DNA of 63,250 bases, counting the filler, from Licmophora abbreviata (lineage: Eukaryota), in the NCBI GenBank assembly GCA_900291995.1. It is 21 parts of 21 records of this genome, joined end to end, with 100 filler letters (N's around TTAATTAATTAA, not from the genome) between each part and the next. Parts side by side here need not be neighbours in the genome. Positions count along the whole stretch, not along the records: positions 12,606 to 18,334 come from OLMU01005601.1; positions 18,435 to 19,638 come from OLMU01005602.1; positions 19,739 to 22,943 come from OLMU01005603.1; positions 23,044 to 28,015 come from OLMU01005604.1; 17 more parts are not named here. One strand, written 5' to 3'. Both the position numbers and the translations under genes were made by a program. Positions 12,506 to 23,454 of this stretch are shown here, piece by piece. Numbering within the stretch: the first letter of the stretch is position 1; each line of letters starts with the position of its first letter. The notes below the pieces were generated by a model. That model ran no database searches. It was not told the DNA's origin and was given only the letters and a program-made list of their open reading frames with translations.

Positions 12506-12810
12506 NNNNNNNNNNNNNNNNNNNNNNNNNNNNNNNNNNNNNNNNNNNNTTAATTAATTAANNNNNNNNNNNNNNNNNNNNNNNNNNNNNNNNNNNNNNN
12601 NNNNNTGTAATAATTGGATCAACTTGAACAGAAATTGTGTGTTTAAATTATTCTTGGGCCTGATTGGCACTTATTCTCTACGAAGGTTCAGGTAGCTTTT
12701 GTTCGCAAACAAGACGGGAAAGCAAATCGAAAGTCATTGTTGCGACTGAGTCGAGTCGACCATTATGACAACTACTGCGAACGCTGGAGCTTTGCTGAAT
12801 CTCTCTCAAC

Positions 12811-14610
12811 ATGAAATTGGGTTTGAAGGAGGCTGTTCGACGCCTCAAGGACGACGATCCGTATTTGACAGAGCTTTATCTCGGCAGCAACTCCATTGGA
12901 GATGAAGGAGCCAAAGACATTGCGGGTGCGCTCGAGCAGAATACAACATTGACAGAGCTTATTCTCGGCGGCAATATCATTGGAGATGAAGGCGCCAAAG
13001 ACATTGCGGGTGCACTCGAGAAGAATACAACATTGACAAGGCTTGATCTCTCCTTCAATTCCATTGGACCTAAAGGAGCCAAAGACATTGCGGGTGCGCT
13101 CGAGAAGAATAAAACATTGACAGAGCTTTATCTCTCCTACAATTCCATTGGACCTAAAGGAGAAAAAGACATTGCGAGTGCGCTCGAGAAGAATAAAACA
13201 TTGACAGAGCTGCAAGAAGAAGAAGCGCTCCGACAGAAAGAACAGATGGATGGATTCTTCAATGCTCTCGACAGTATCAAGACCTTGACAAGTGTAAAGG
13301 ACGGTGCTATCGTTTCGCTTGCGCCGTACCTCGAAAAGAGCATCGGCTTCATGTCAGACTTTTTGCAGCTCAAATATGTCTTTACCGCCGTCAACGCGTA
13401 CTACCGACTACAGTTGTTGACTGAAGAGGACCGCAGAAAGCTCATCAAGGCGTCACTCACCAAAGCCAAAGACTGGTGCACTAAGCCCATCTTTGTTGCC
13501 ATGTATGACGTAGCTCTCGAATACGCTGTGGAACAGAACATCATTGTCGAGTTCGAAAAAAAGATTTTCTTGGTACAGGCAAATGAGACCAACATCCTCA
13601 ACAATGACACCATCAAGGCTATGCAGGACATGTTGGAGAGCCATGCTCAACGTTTGGACAATTTGGAAAGTCACGTCGTTCACGCGATTGAATACTTTGA
13701 TAGAAATCTCGAGATGATTCGCACCGATATGTGGAACATGGCAGAAGCAATAACCACGGTTCAGCGGAACACAACAGAAGTTGCATCAGCCTACAACCAG
13801 TTCTGCGCTAGTCTCCGCTGGAAACGCCGAGTGGAGGCCGGCTGCAGTACTGTCAGCGGAATTCTGAATGCCGTGTCCATGGGGGTAGCGGGAAGCTTTT
13901 TCCAGGGCATTGTTGGTCTTTCAATCGCAGGGATTGCAGATTTCAGCGATCTGTCGCACCTCACTAAGGTGTTCGAGCAAGTCAGTATTTCGTCCGCAGA
14001 TCTGGAGGCTGTCGGTGACGTTACCGTGAAAGAAATGTTTGAAAAGGGCGTTGGTCTTGCGAGGGAGAACCTTGCGGATCGTAAGTTTAACCAGGCGATT
14101 CGCAAGGAGAACGCCGTCGTAATGATTGCTGCGAACGCAGTTGTCTTTTCTCACGTGGCTCACATTGATGGAGATATGAATGCCGGACAAAGTGATTCTT
14201 CAGGCAAAGTCGAGGATTTGTCTGATGCGATCCCGGAAGAGGTTACAGAAGTCAAAGAGGTCGAGTTTTGGTCGCCGTGTTTGTATCCTAGTGACATGAA
14301 CCGCCCCGGACTTGATGTGTATCATTGTATTGATGCCAGTGACGCTGAAGCGCTGAAGGACGAGCTCGGGTTGCTCTCAGTGCAAGATATCTTGAAACTA
14401 CGCGACTCACTGAATCGTACGCCGGCCATCTTTGCGGCCGTGAAAGGCAAGCCCGACATGGTGAAACTTCTCATCGAAAGCGTAAGTAAGGGGGATGCGA
14501 ATCAAATACGCCCAAATGTGGATTCTCTCTTTTATAATGATGAAGAGGTGTCGCGCCAACGTCTCATTCAGCACGCCAAGAAAAAACAGAAAGAACGGAA
14601 CACACTTTAG
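12811..14610 (+). CDS. RI-like LRR protein fused to a coiled-coil, a hydrophobic helix region and an ankyrin-like repeat
   Basis: Four 28-aa LxxLxLxxNxIG repeats; heptad-like central region; Gly-rich hydrophobic stretch; NRTPAIFAAVKGKPDMVKLLI ankyrin motif; intronless 599 aa. Confidence 0.85.
   Translation: MKLGLKEAVRRLKDDDPYLTELYLGSNSIGDEGAKDIAGALEQNTTLTELILGGNIIGDEGAKDIAGALEKNTTLTRLDLSFNSIGPKGAKDIAGALEKNKTLTELYLSYNSIGPKGEKDIASALEKNKTLTELQEEEALRQKEQMDGFFNALDSIKTLTSVKDGAIVSLAPYLEKSIGFMSDFLQLKYVFTAVNAYYRLQLLTEEDRRKLIKASLTKAKDWCTKPIFVAMYDVALEYAVEQNIIVEFEKKIFLVQANETNILNNDTIKAMQDMLESHAQRLDNLESHVVHAIEYFDRNLEMIRTDMWNMAEAITTVQRNTTEVASAYNQFCASLRWKRRVEAGCSTVSGILNAVSMGVAGSFFQGIVGLSIAGIADFSDLSHLTKVFEQVSISSADLEAVGDVTVKEMFEKGVGLARENLADRKFNQAIRKENAVVMIAANAVVFSHVAHIDGDMNAGQSDSSGKVEDLSDAIPEEVTEVKEVEFWSPCLYPSDMNRPGLDVYHCIDASDAEALKDELGLLSVQDILKLRDSLNRTPAIFAAVKGKPDMVKLLIESVSKGDANQIRPNVDSLFYNDEEVSRQRLIQHAKKKQKERNTL
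12865..13211 (+). repeat. 84-bp coding tandem repeat (4 units plus a partial unit)
   Basis: Units beginning TTGACA at 12865, 12949, 13033, 13117 and 13201. Confidence 0.95.
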
Positions 14611-14832
14611 GAATTCATGTAACTATATATTTTATAAGAGTGAGTCGACAACGTAGGAACCTTCTGCATCCAAGGCTGCTTGATGCGGCTAGTCTGCTTC
14701 GGCGGCTCGTCTTCCGCTATCCTCTACAGATGGCGGAACTATCAGTTGGTTGGTAGCACGACCTTACTAAAGAGCCGTTCACGCCGCCACTCCCATCACT
14801 TACGGCCTCGATTGCATTGCATTTCATTCCAT

Positions 14833-15576
14833 TCAAATGTATCCTCTCCCTCTGCCGCCACTTCTACTCATGTAAGGAAATAGTTTGGACCAGTCACGGC
14901 CACCGCACTGGCGTGTTCTCATGTCGGCGCCTGCCATGCATAATGTCGAGGCATCCTCAAGCTTGTGTCCAATCAACCCCAGCTCCGCTGGTCGTCGCTT
15001 GCTGTTGGTATGTCGTTGCTTGTGTGTACCACCTCTTCTACCTATACTTTTCATCACTGTGGGCTTGTTGCGCGGATAGTTCCGTCCTCGTCAATCATAC
15101 CAATCCCATACATAGGTCAAGTAGGCAATGAGGGTGTCCTTGTCGGCTTCGACTCGACGCGACCTGTCAGCGCCGCTTCCAGAACCAGAGCGGAATGCCT
15201 CTTGCACAGCGCAATCACACCATCGTCCAGTTCCTTTTCTTGCAATTCTCCCGTAGACCGCATCTTGTCCACCGTCTGTGGCACATGGTCCGCTTGTTCG
15301 CTGTGCAAGTCTTGGAATACTGCATCGACTTTCGCTAGTCACTGCCGGCCTTCCTCCCGTGGTTCCGACGTTCGTTCGATCGCTCGTCCATTCGACATTG
15401 GTGATCCACGCCACGATAAGGAAAGACGGCACGAAGATGGAAGACCAGCTGCACATCATGCGTAGCAGTCGCCAGTATTTTGTCATCTGGCGACACGGAA
15501 AACAATGGAATCCGCACTGTTCTTTCGAAATCGAGTGCGCCAAGTGAAATATAGTAACATAGAAAAGCCGCCACAA
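14833..15576 (-). pseudogene. Possible frameshifted remnant of a type II membrane protein gene
   Basis: TM-like WSSIFVPSFLIVAWIT segment; protein-like pieces scattered over different frames with an in-frame stop; no recognisable family. Confidence 0.25.
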
Positions 15577-16138
15577 GCAAAGAGCTCACTCGCCATGGCG
15601 ACGACGGGAAGAGTGCAGCAGCGCGCACAGCGAGCGCTCGCCAAACTTGCGAAAGAATTTCAAATTACAGGTACCAATCTAAATCTGAAATCGCGACGCA
15701 CGCCTGGTATGATACAAAACCCTCGTTCAGGTTCAAGAGATTCGTGTTCATGAAAATCAATGTCAGTCGCGCTCAGACCAAAAGGAATATCAAGGAGACG
15801 GTTGATTCAATCGTCGCTCCTACATGTTCATACATGTTCATCAATGCAGCGTCTACATTGAATAGAAACGAAACGCGAGAAAAGCTAAGTTCCTGTTCCC
15901 TCTACGCGGTAAACCACGTCGATTCGACCGTGACCGTATCTCGATCAATTCATGAAAAAAGGACAACGAATATCCAACGCGGAAAAAAGTCGAACGAGAC
16001 AGGTGTTCTTTATTATCGTCTTCGTCGTGCACTTGCATTCAATGGATACAAAGGCAGGCTAGAATGATCAAGAAAGCTGGCAATGCAGATTAATGCGTAT
16101 TCACCCAAATGAGCTGGCTACGTGAACCGCGCTACTGC

Positions 16139-17389
16139 TTAGACCGACTGGGGAGTACGAATGTAAGCGTCAATGTCGACAGGAGCCCAGATGTTTGTCT
16201 TGCCCTCATCCTGTAACTCGAGGCGATAGGCGTTGCCTTCGTCCCACTGCACGAGAACCTTGGCCTTCTTGAATACCCCGACGTTAGCTTCGACCGTGTC
16301 ACCCACTGCAAAGCGCAAGGCCGTGTCGGCCTTGCACGCCAGGAAGCCTTCACGATACATGGAGTGATCGAGGTGTTTCCCGATGAAGACAAAACGAGAT
16401 TCGCGCTTCTCATCCGGCTTCCAAGTAACTTCGACAAAGCTGCCGGAGAACATCATGCCGACGCCTTGAAAGACGAACTTTTGGTCGATGCCGGCGACGG
16501 AAATGATACCCTTGTATCGATACAGGTTGGCTCCATCCTCGGTGATGAGACGTTCGATCCAACGTTCGAGCATTTTCAAGTTGACGCTGCCTTCGACTTT
16601 GACTCCGACAGACGAGACGGACTCGTCGTGCTGATGCTCCGCATCTTCGTCAAGGAACTCCGGATCGAAGTCGAGGACGCGCTGTAGCTCAAAGGCTTGG
16701 ATGTTGAGAATGTCCTTGGGGGAAATGACGGAGTTCTTGGTGCGCTGAACAGGAGCCGCGGGATTGAGACTCTTGAGCTTGGCTTCAATCTTCACCAGTT
16801 CAGCTTCTGTGGACAAGTCGATCTTGTTGAGGAGAATCTTGTCGGCAAATGCCACCTGCTCGACAGATTCATTTTCTACTCCCTCTGGCTTCTCTTCTGC
16901 GAGGCGCTCCAAGATATATTTACTGTCGGCAACGGTGATGACAGCATCCAATCGATACTGTTTCTGGATATCTTCGTCGACAAAGAAGGTCTGGCATATG
17001 GGTCCAGGGTCTGCGAGACCTGTGGTTTCGATGATGACGCCGTTGAAGTTCTGGACTTTCTTGTAGAGAGACTTGAGGGCCTTGACTAGATCGCCTCGAA
17101 CAGTGCAGCAAAGACAGCCGTTCATGACTTCAATGATTTCCTCGTCCACGTTCTCACTGAGCGTCTTCTCGTCAATCCCAACTTCTCCAAACTCGTTCTC
17201 AATGACGGCAAACTTCATGCCGTGGCTGTCGTCGCGCAAGATTCGATTGAGCAAGGTCGTCTTTCCGGAGCCCAAGAAGCCAGTGAGGATCGTCACGGGG
17301 ACAATGGGAGCACGGCCGTTCTTCCACATGGCGTTTGTATGGTTCACTGGAGGAGAAGCAGCTGATGATCGATCGGGATCGGGCGCCAT
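16139..17389 (-). CDS. COG0523/CobW-family Zn/Co metallochaperone GTPase with a C-terminal SH3-like extension
   Basis: GFLGSGKTT, ENEFGE, GCLCC, ETTGLADP, NKID and a CobW_C region (LYRYKG..FVFIG). Confidence 0.93.
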   Translation of the reverse strand: MAPDPDRSSAASPPVNHTNAMWKNGRAPIVPVTILTGFLGSGKTTLLNRILRDDSHGMKFAVIENEFGEVGIDEKTLSENVDEEIIEVMNGCLCCTVRGDLVKALKSLYKKVQNFNGVIIETTGLADPGPICQTFFVDEDIQKQYRLDAVITVADSKYILERLAEEKPEGVENESVEQVAFADKILLNKIDLSTEAELVKIEAKLKSLNPAAPVQRTKNSVISPKDILNIQAFELQRVLDFDPEFLDEDAEHQHDESVSSVGVKVEGSVNLKMLERWIERLITEDGANLYRYKGIISVAGIDQKFVFQGVGMMFSGSFVEVTWKPDEKRESRFVFIGKHLDHSMYREGFLACKADTALRFAVGDTVEANVGVFKKAKVLVQWDEGNAYRLELQDEGKTNIWAPVDIDAYIRTPQSV

Positions 17390-17753
17390 GGCATGAATAT
17401 GTGAGGCGATCTATCTGATCTATCCTTGGCCGCTCTTTACTTAGTAGGCCATTTTCGGTGCAAAGGCCATTGGCTCATAAATACTGTGACGTCCTCAGGC
17501 TCTTCGCCCGTCTGCTCTTGTGCGCGTGATAATCCTGTCTGTCTGTCATCAGTCTTCTGTGAGCTTTTGAAGAAACCGACGGCGGAATGACGCGACCATC
17601 ACTTTCACAAACTTCTTTCGAACTTCACCCTTCACACCCACGACTCCCGCGGACAGCGGACGATGTGATGATGGTCGAATGGCCCCTCCTTTGCTGCTGC
17701 TATTCCTAGTTCCATGTTAAAGAAGCACACAACGGTAAAGAAGAACAAGAAAA

Positions 17754-19017
17754 ATGAGCTCACCCTCTGATATCGCGATCGAAAGAGAATTGATCTCGGC
17801 TGCAGAAAGCGGTGATCTCGGGGCGGTAGTTCGTCTTATTCAGGATGAGGGATTGGACCCGGCTGTAAACTTTCAGCGCGCCATCAAGGTAGCAGCGAAG
17901 CACGGTCACGCCACCGTTGTGGACTTCTTGCTGCAAGACGCAAGGGTGGACCCAAGTGCCGGCTATAATTTTGCGATCATTTCAGCAGCCGGGTGTGGAC
18001 GTCTTGATGTCGTGAATCGCTTATTGCGAGACGATAAAGTGGATCCGAGTGATAGGAATAACGATGCGATCATCTTAGCGTCCGAGAGGGGTCATCTTGA
18101 CGTGGTGAATCGCTTGTTGCAAGACAAGAGAGTTGATCCGAGTTATAGTGCTAATGAAGCGATCATTTCAGCGTCCCGGAAGGGCCATCTCGATGTCGTG
18201 AATCGCTTATTGCAAGATGGTAGAGTGGACCCGAGTGCGGTGGACAATAATGCGATCAGTACGGCGTCCCGAGGTGGTCATGTTGAGGTAGTGAATCGCT
18301 TGCTGCAAGATGAGCGAGTGGATCCGAGTGATAGNNNNNNNNNNNNNNNNNNNNNNNNNNNNNNNNNNNNNNNNNNNNTTAATTAATTAANNNNNNNNNN
18401 NNNNNNNNNNNNNNNNNNNNNNNNNNNNNNNNNNTCCGAGTGATAGTGCTAATGATGCGATCATTGAAGCATCCCAAAGTGGATATCTTGATACCGTGAC
18501 TCGCTTGTTGCAAGACGATAGAGTGGATCCGAGTGATAGGAAGAATCAAGCGATCCTTATGGCGTTCTCGTGGGAGCATAGCCAGGTCATGAATCGCCTG
18601 ATCAAAGAACCGAGAATCTACTGCGTCGGCCCATTTGCCAATCTCCCCAAAATTGCCAGAGACACCGCGCTGAGTAAATTTGAGAGAAACGTCATGCCGT
18701 TTGACTTTGCACGTGTCCTTTCGGCTGAAGGCAGGGACCGCAACGATCAAGTTCGCAACGCACTACACTCGGCCCATGATCAAGCTTGGCATCTAGTGTC
18801 GACACTGCTACTTCAGAGCAGCACATTCGCCAGAGCTCTCCCCGAAGACGTGCAGTGCGAGATTGTGTGGATGAGTCTCGGTCATTTACTGTTCCCCATG
18901 TTCCCCTCGGAACAGGAGGAGCGATGCAATCGTGTTGCGCAATTGGTGAGCTCCATCAATGCACAGCGACGTCCTCCGGTCTCAAGCTCGAACGCGACTG
19001 AGGAGCTTTTTCCTTGA
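17754..19017 (+). CDS. Ankyrin-repeat protein with 31-aa 'LLQDxRVDPS' units (split by spacer 18335-18434)
   Basis: 93-bp units at 17946, 18039, 18132, 18225 and 18318, continuing after the spacer; both contig ends share TCCGAGTGATAG. Confidence 0.88.
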
Positions 19018-19426
19018 AACTTACAGTATGATGATATGTAGAACTTTCACGAGATGACTGTTCGTTATGCTCGTCCAATGCACATTCCTTGTCAGCGCGC
19101 CTGTTGTGTTCTCATTTTGTGAGAGCCGTTCGTTGTGAAATTGTGAGCGGCTCTCTCACGATTAGTTCGTCATGACATTTCACCGCATGATAGGGAGTCA
19201 GTCTAATGAAAGGTTGCATCCCGTGATACATTTTATATGCTGAAAACTGAACACAATATCTCAATCAGTCAAGATAGGAACTTGTTAAGCAAACATGTGT
19301 GCTGCCTTGAATAGTTGATTGCTTTCGGTCGGCACTCTAATGGTATAAGACGTTTCTAAAATGTCACAAGCTACAAGGGCCGACTCGAGGCGAGCATCGA
19401 GCTGCCCATCTGCTCTCGGGACGAAA

Positions 19427-22400
19427 TCACGTGACTGCCGAGGCAACAATTCCTTTCAACAAGAGCGGCAAGTCTTCACTGTTCAAGCATACCTGCGCGC
19501 GCTCGTTAGGTATCGCCTCGGCCAATGTGTGGGCTTCTTCACCCATGCTACCAATGAACAATAAGTGAATGTGTACGTTTTCTTTTCGCTGCAGGATCTG
19601 AGATACGTCTTCAGCTTCAATGCGATAGCGTCGCAAGTNNNNNNNNNNNNNNNNNNNNNNNNNNNNNNNNNNNNNNNNNNNNTTAATTAATTAANNNNNN
19701 NNNNNNNNNNNNNNNNNNNNNNNNNNNNNNNNNNNNNNTCACCCACTGCTGTATCCATCGCATCAAGCGTGCTGTCGCCGGCATACGTGTACTGAGTGTG
19801 TGCCACCATGGACTCCAACACTCGTAGCTGGGACGCCGGATCACGGGGATCACTAGCCCCAAGAAGAGGGATGACTGCGCTGCTTCCATTGTGCCCCATG
19901 ATTTCTAAGTTGAATCGCGAGTCGTCACGAAGCGATTCCATTATCATCAACGTCGCCTCGAGCAATCGTTCCAAACGACGGTCAAAACTATTGAAGCGGT
20001 ACATGGAAGCAGACACATCGACGACGAGTTTCAGTCGCATTGGCTGTGACTCCAGCGAAGCGTGGTGAGGTGACACCGGTGCCCTGCCGCGACGTTTAAA
20101 GATATCTTTCTCGCCCGCCAATGCATCGACCAAACGAGCATCGTCCAGCTCTCCATGTGACTGTCGTCTCAACCAGACACGTTCCTCTTTGCGTCGCTGA
20201 ATGTCCTTCAGAAGCACCTGGAGCTGCTGGATCTGTGCTAAGACTCTCTCATGAAGGCTGTTATACCGTTCCCAATCAAGCATACCCATGTTAAACTCCT
20301 TCAATTTCTTCTCCAGCCCTTTCTTCGCCATCCGGCGCGCACGACGTTCAGCCTCCTCCGTGACTTGAGCCTTCATCTCATCGGACACTTGATGCACTGG
20401 GTGACCGGCATCAAGGCGATATGGACCTCCACGTCCCCCCAGACCGGCTGTGTCGGAGCCACCAGTTCCTCCAGCCCACGTGTTCCCGCCGACATGGGGA
20501 GTGTTGTCTGGGTCGACCTTGCCATGTTTGGGGCCTTCCGTTCTAGTGCGAGGAGTTGAAATCCCGCCTTCTGTCCTCACGCGTAACTTCTCAGTACTTT
20601 TCCCTACCCGAGCGAAAATGTCTTTCACCCCATGTCGCTTGAAAATCTTCCCAAGCTGCTGGAGCAAGGTGTTGTCGGAACGGTCGAAGGCAATTACATT
20701 TTCAATTGCTTCGTCAAGGCCATCCGACGGGAACTCGTGCAAGTGTCGAACCACAGAAACGGCCTCACGAACACTAAACGGATATACTAATACGCCCTTT
20801 CGATGTGCTTCGCTTAGGTCCTGCCAGATAGAGACGATAGTACGAATTGTGGCGCTCGGCACGGATGAGCCGTAGCTTTTCAAGATGCGTGTCTGGCTTT
20901 CGTAATCCAACGAGGGCACAGTGTGACACGAAAAGACATCAGCCATCTCTCGAGCGAGGTCATTGCCATGAAACGGATAGCCAGCAGGATTTGCCAGAGC
21001 CCAAACTCGAAAGTCGGGATGAATCTGGATTACAGAATCGGAGTTGCTTGCGTCACCGTCATCATATCGCAATATGCGACCGTCTGGTAATGCGAGCTCG
21101 CCGTCCTCGACCAAGCCCTTGAGCAGCGCCACTACTTCGACTGGGGCTTTGTCTGCTTCGTCGATTACCAAGATACGTCCGTTCCTAGCGGCACGAGTGA
21201 GAGGAGAGTCGCCATATATGAGACGCCCGTCCTCTACAGATGGCGAAGATAGCAACGATTGGACTGTCGTGTCGCGATGCAGCTGTAAGTACTCTCGTTC
21301 ACACTGCAATTTCGAAAGTAAAAAGTCCACCACGCGATTCTTGCCAACGCCCTGATAGCCCATTACCAGGAGTGCCCGTTCGCCAACGCTGTGAGCGTCG
21401 AGAATGTCACGTAGCACATCCGCATGACCAGGGTTCTCTTCAAACACTGGATTCGGTACCAAGAGCGGATCCTTCGGAGCTCTACGACACGTCTCGAGCA
21501 GTTCTTCGCTCAAATGGAAGGTACGTTGCGATGTGCTTTTTGTATCGCTCTGTATCGAGACGCCATCATCGACAATCCCACATTTCGACATGCAAGTCTC
21601 TACAATGCGCTTCTCCCGTTCTGGCATAAGGCTCGTCAACAATGCATCGTGTACCACCCGCGCAAGATTGGTGCCACGACGCTCGACCCGCTTGCCAATG
21701 TGCTTCAACTTTCGGAGCGACAAGAGCATGCTTTCCTTTTCATCCATCGTATCCGCAGCTCCACTTTCAATGGCGTCCATGAGTCGATCTCTCAGCTTTG
21801 TCATCATTTTCAATTCGAACGAACCAATCGAGGGGTACAAGTCGGACAATACAGCTCTCAGCTCGTTACTCTTCAAAGGCTCCATCTCGATCCAGTGAAA
21901 CATGTTTGCCACTTCAGGCGTGATCCACTGATTCATGTCACTGGGAGGATGTGCAATCGCAATTACCCTGAATCCCTCCGAGGCCTGCAGTCGAGTGCCG
22001 TCGGGAAGGTCTACCTGCCCCTGTTCCACTAGAAGCGCGATAGACGCAAGCGCATCTTGTGTCAACTTGTCGACGCCATCCAAAATCACGAGTGACCCTC
22101 GTTCGACTGCTCGCGTGAGGGGAGTTGGCCTCCAAATAGTATTCCCCACGTCGTCGGTTCCTCTCGACATGAGTAGATCCCGTGAAGTCATATCTCGAAA
22201 CAACGAAAATAGCTCTGTAGAAATATCGTCGTCACATTTGGGATGCAGAGAACTCGCGACCTGTCGCGCCAGAGCAGACTTTCCACAACCCTTGGGCCCT
22301 ACCAGAGCAACTGAACGAGAGTGATTAAGTCCAGCCCGTAGCAAAGTTTGGAGTTTCTGTGTTGTGGGTGTGTTGACAAACGAGGATGTTCTTTCGTCGC

Positions 22401-23203
22401 GATGGATGACCCCATCCTTGGCAAAGAACGAGGCTTGCTCGATATCGTCGACTCCCATCATGCCCATACCATGAGCCTTGAGAGCAGAGTCTACCTTCAC
22501 GCTAGAGCCATACTTCACAAGATACAAACTGGTATCGTGCAGTGCCGAAAATGAGAGTCGGTTGGCGTGGGAGCCACCAGTCGCTGCTTGAACCAGTTCT
22601 GTCAAGACTTGAATGTCCAGCTTGCCGTCCATACGTATATTCAGACTTTCCAGGAGATCTCCGACATTTGGCTCTTCCATAACGCGCGCTTGAAATCGCG
22701 ATCGCAGCGGTGGATCCAGCGCGTTCGTATAGTTGTCATTCGACAAACTTCCGAGCGCCGCGACGCGAAAGTCCGGGTGGACGCGACGAATCGTACGTAA
22801 GTTGGCAGCGTCCGTCTGATACTGGTCGTACACATGCGGCGCCACCAGGAGACTCCCATCGTCCAAGGATAGCTCTCGATTTTCCAACAGATTGTTCAAT
22901 GTGGGCAGCACATTGCGCTCGGCCTTTTCGAGTCCGTCCAAGANNNNNNNNNNNNNNNNNNNNNNNNNNNNNNNNNNNNNNNNNNNNTTAATTAATTAAN
23001 NNNNNNNNNNNNNNNNNNNNNNNNNNNNNNNNNNNNNNNNNNNGGCCGCTGCCCTTTGGAACGGAAGGAGCGCTCACATTCCCGATCGATACAGAACTAT
23101 CAGCGAGTCTGGAAACACTAAACAGTCGGTATGATGCTTGAGGAAGCAAGAACAGTCTCCTGCTGTGAAAATGCTGCCGAAATCTCAACGCTTGCCTTGC
23201 CAT
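19427..23203 (-). CDS. VWA8: VWA8-like mitochondrial AAA+/vWA protein (three contig pieces)
   Basis: Arg-rich presequence at 23203; GLEKAERNVLPTLNNLLENRE; Walker A GPKGCGKS and GYQGVGKN; PHVGGNTWAGGTGG; MIDAS DVSASM; C-terminus NLRRY..FIGSMG at 19427-19638. Confidence 0.92.
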
Positions 23204-23454
23204 GGTCGGATCAGATTGGGTTGCGTCGCCATCATGCCATCATCACATTTATTGGTGGCGCCAAACCATTGCAAATCTGAAAAAAAAGAAAGGTACAGAC
23301 GCGCGAGCGACCGCGGAAAGATTTGATTGATTCATTCTGGCGCGCGGCGACAAAATCAGATTTCGATTCCTTCGACCCGAACGATGACATTCAAAACTTG
23401 AAACTTGAAACTAAGAGTACTATCGAGAGCATACATCATCAGCATCCCCCGACC

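Noticed and set aside
19139..19150. AATTGTGAGCGG, the left part of the lac operator
   Set aside because: The other half and any vector context are absent; it is part of a local hairpin.
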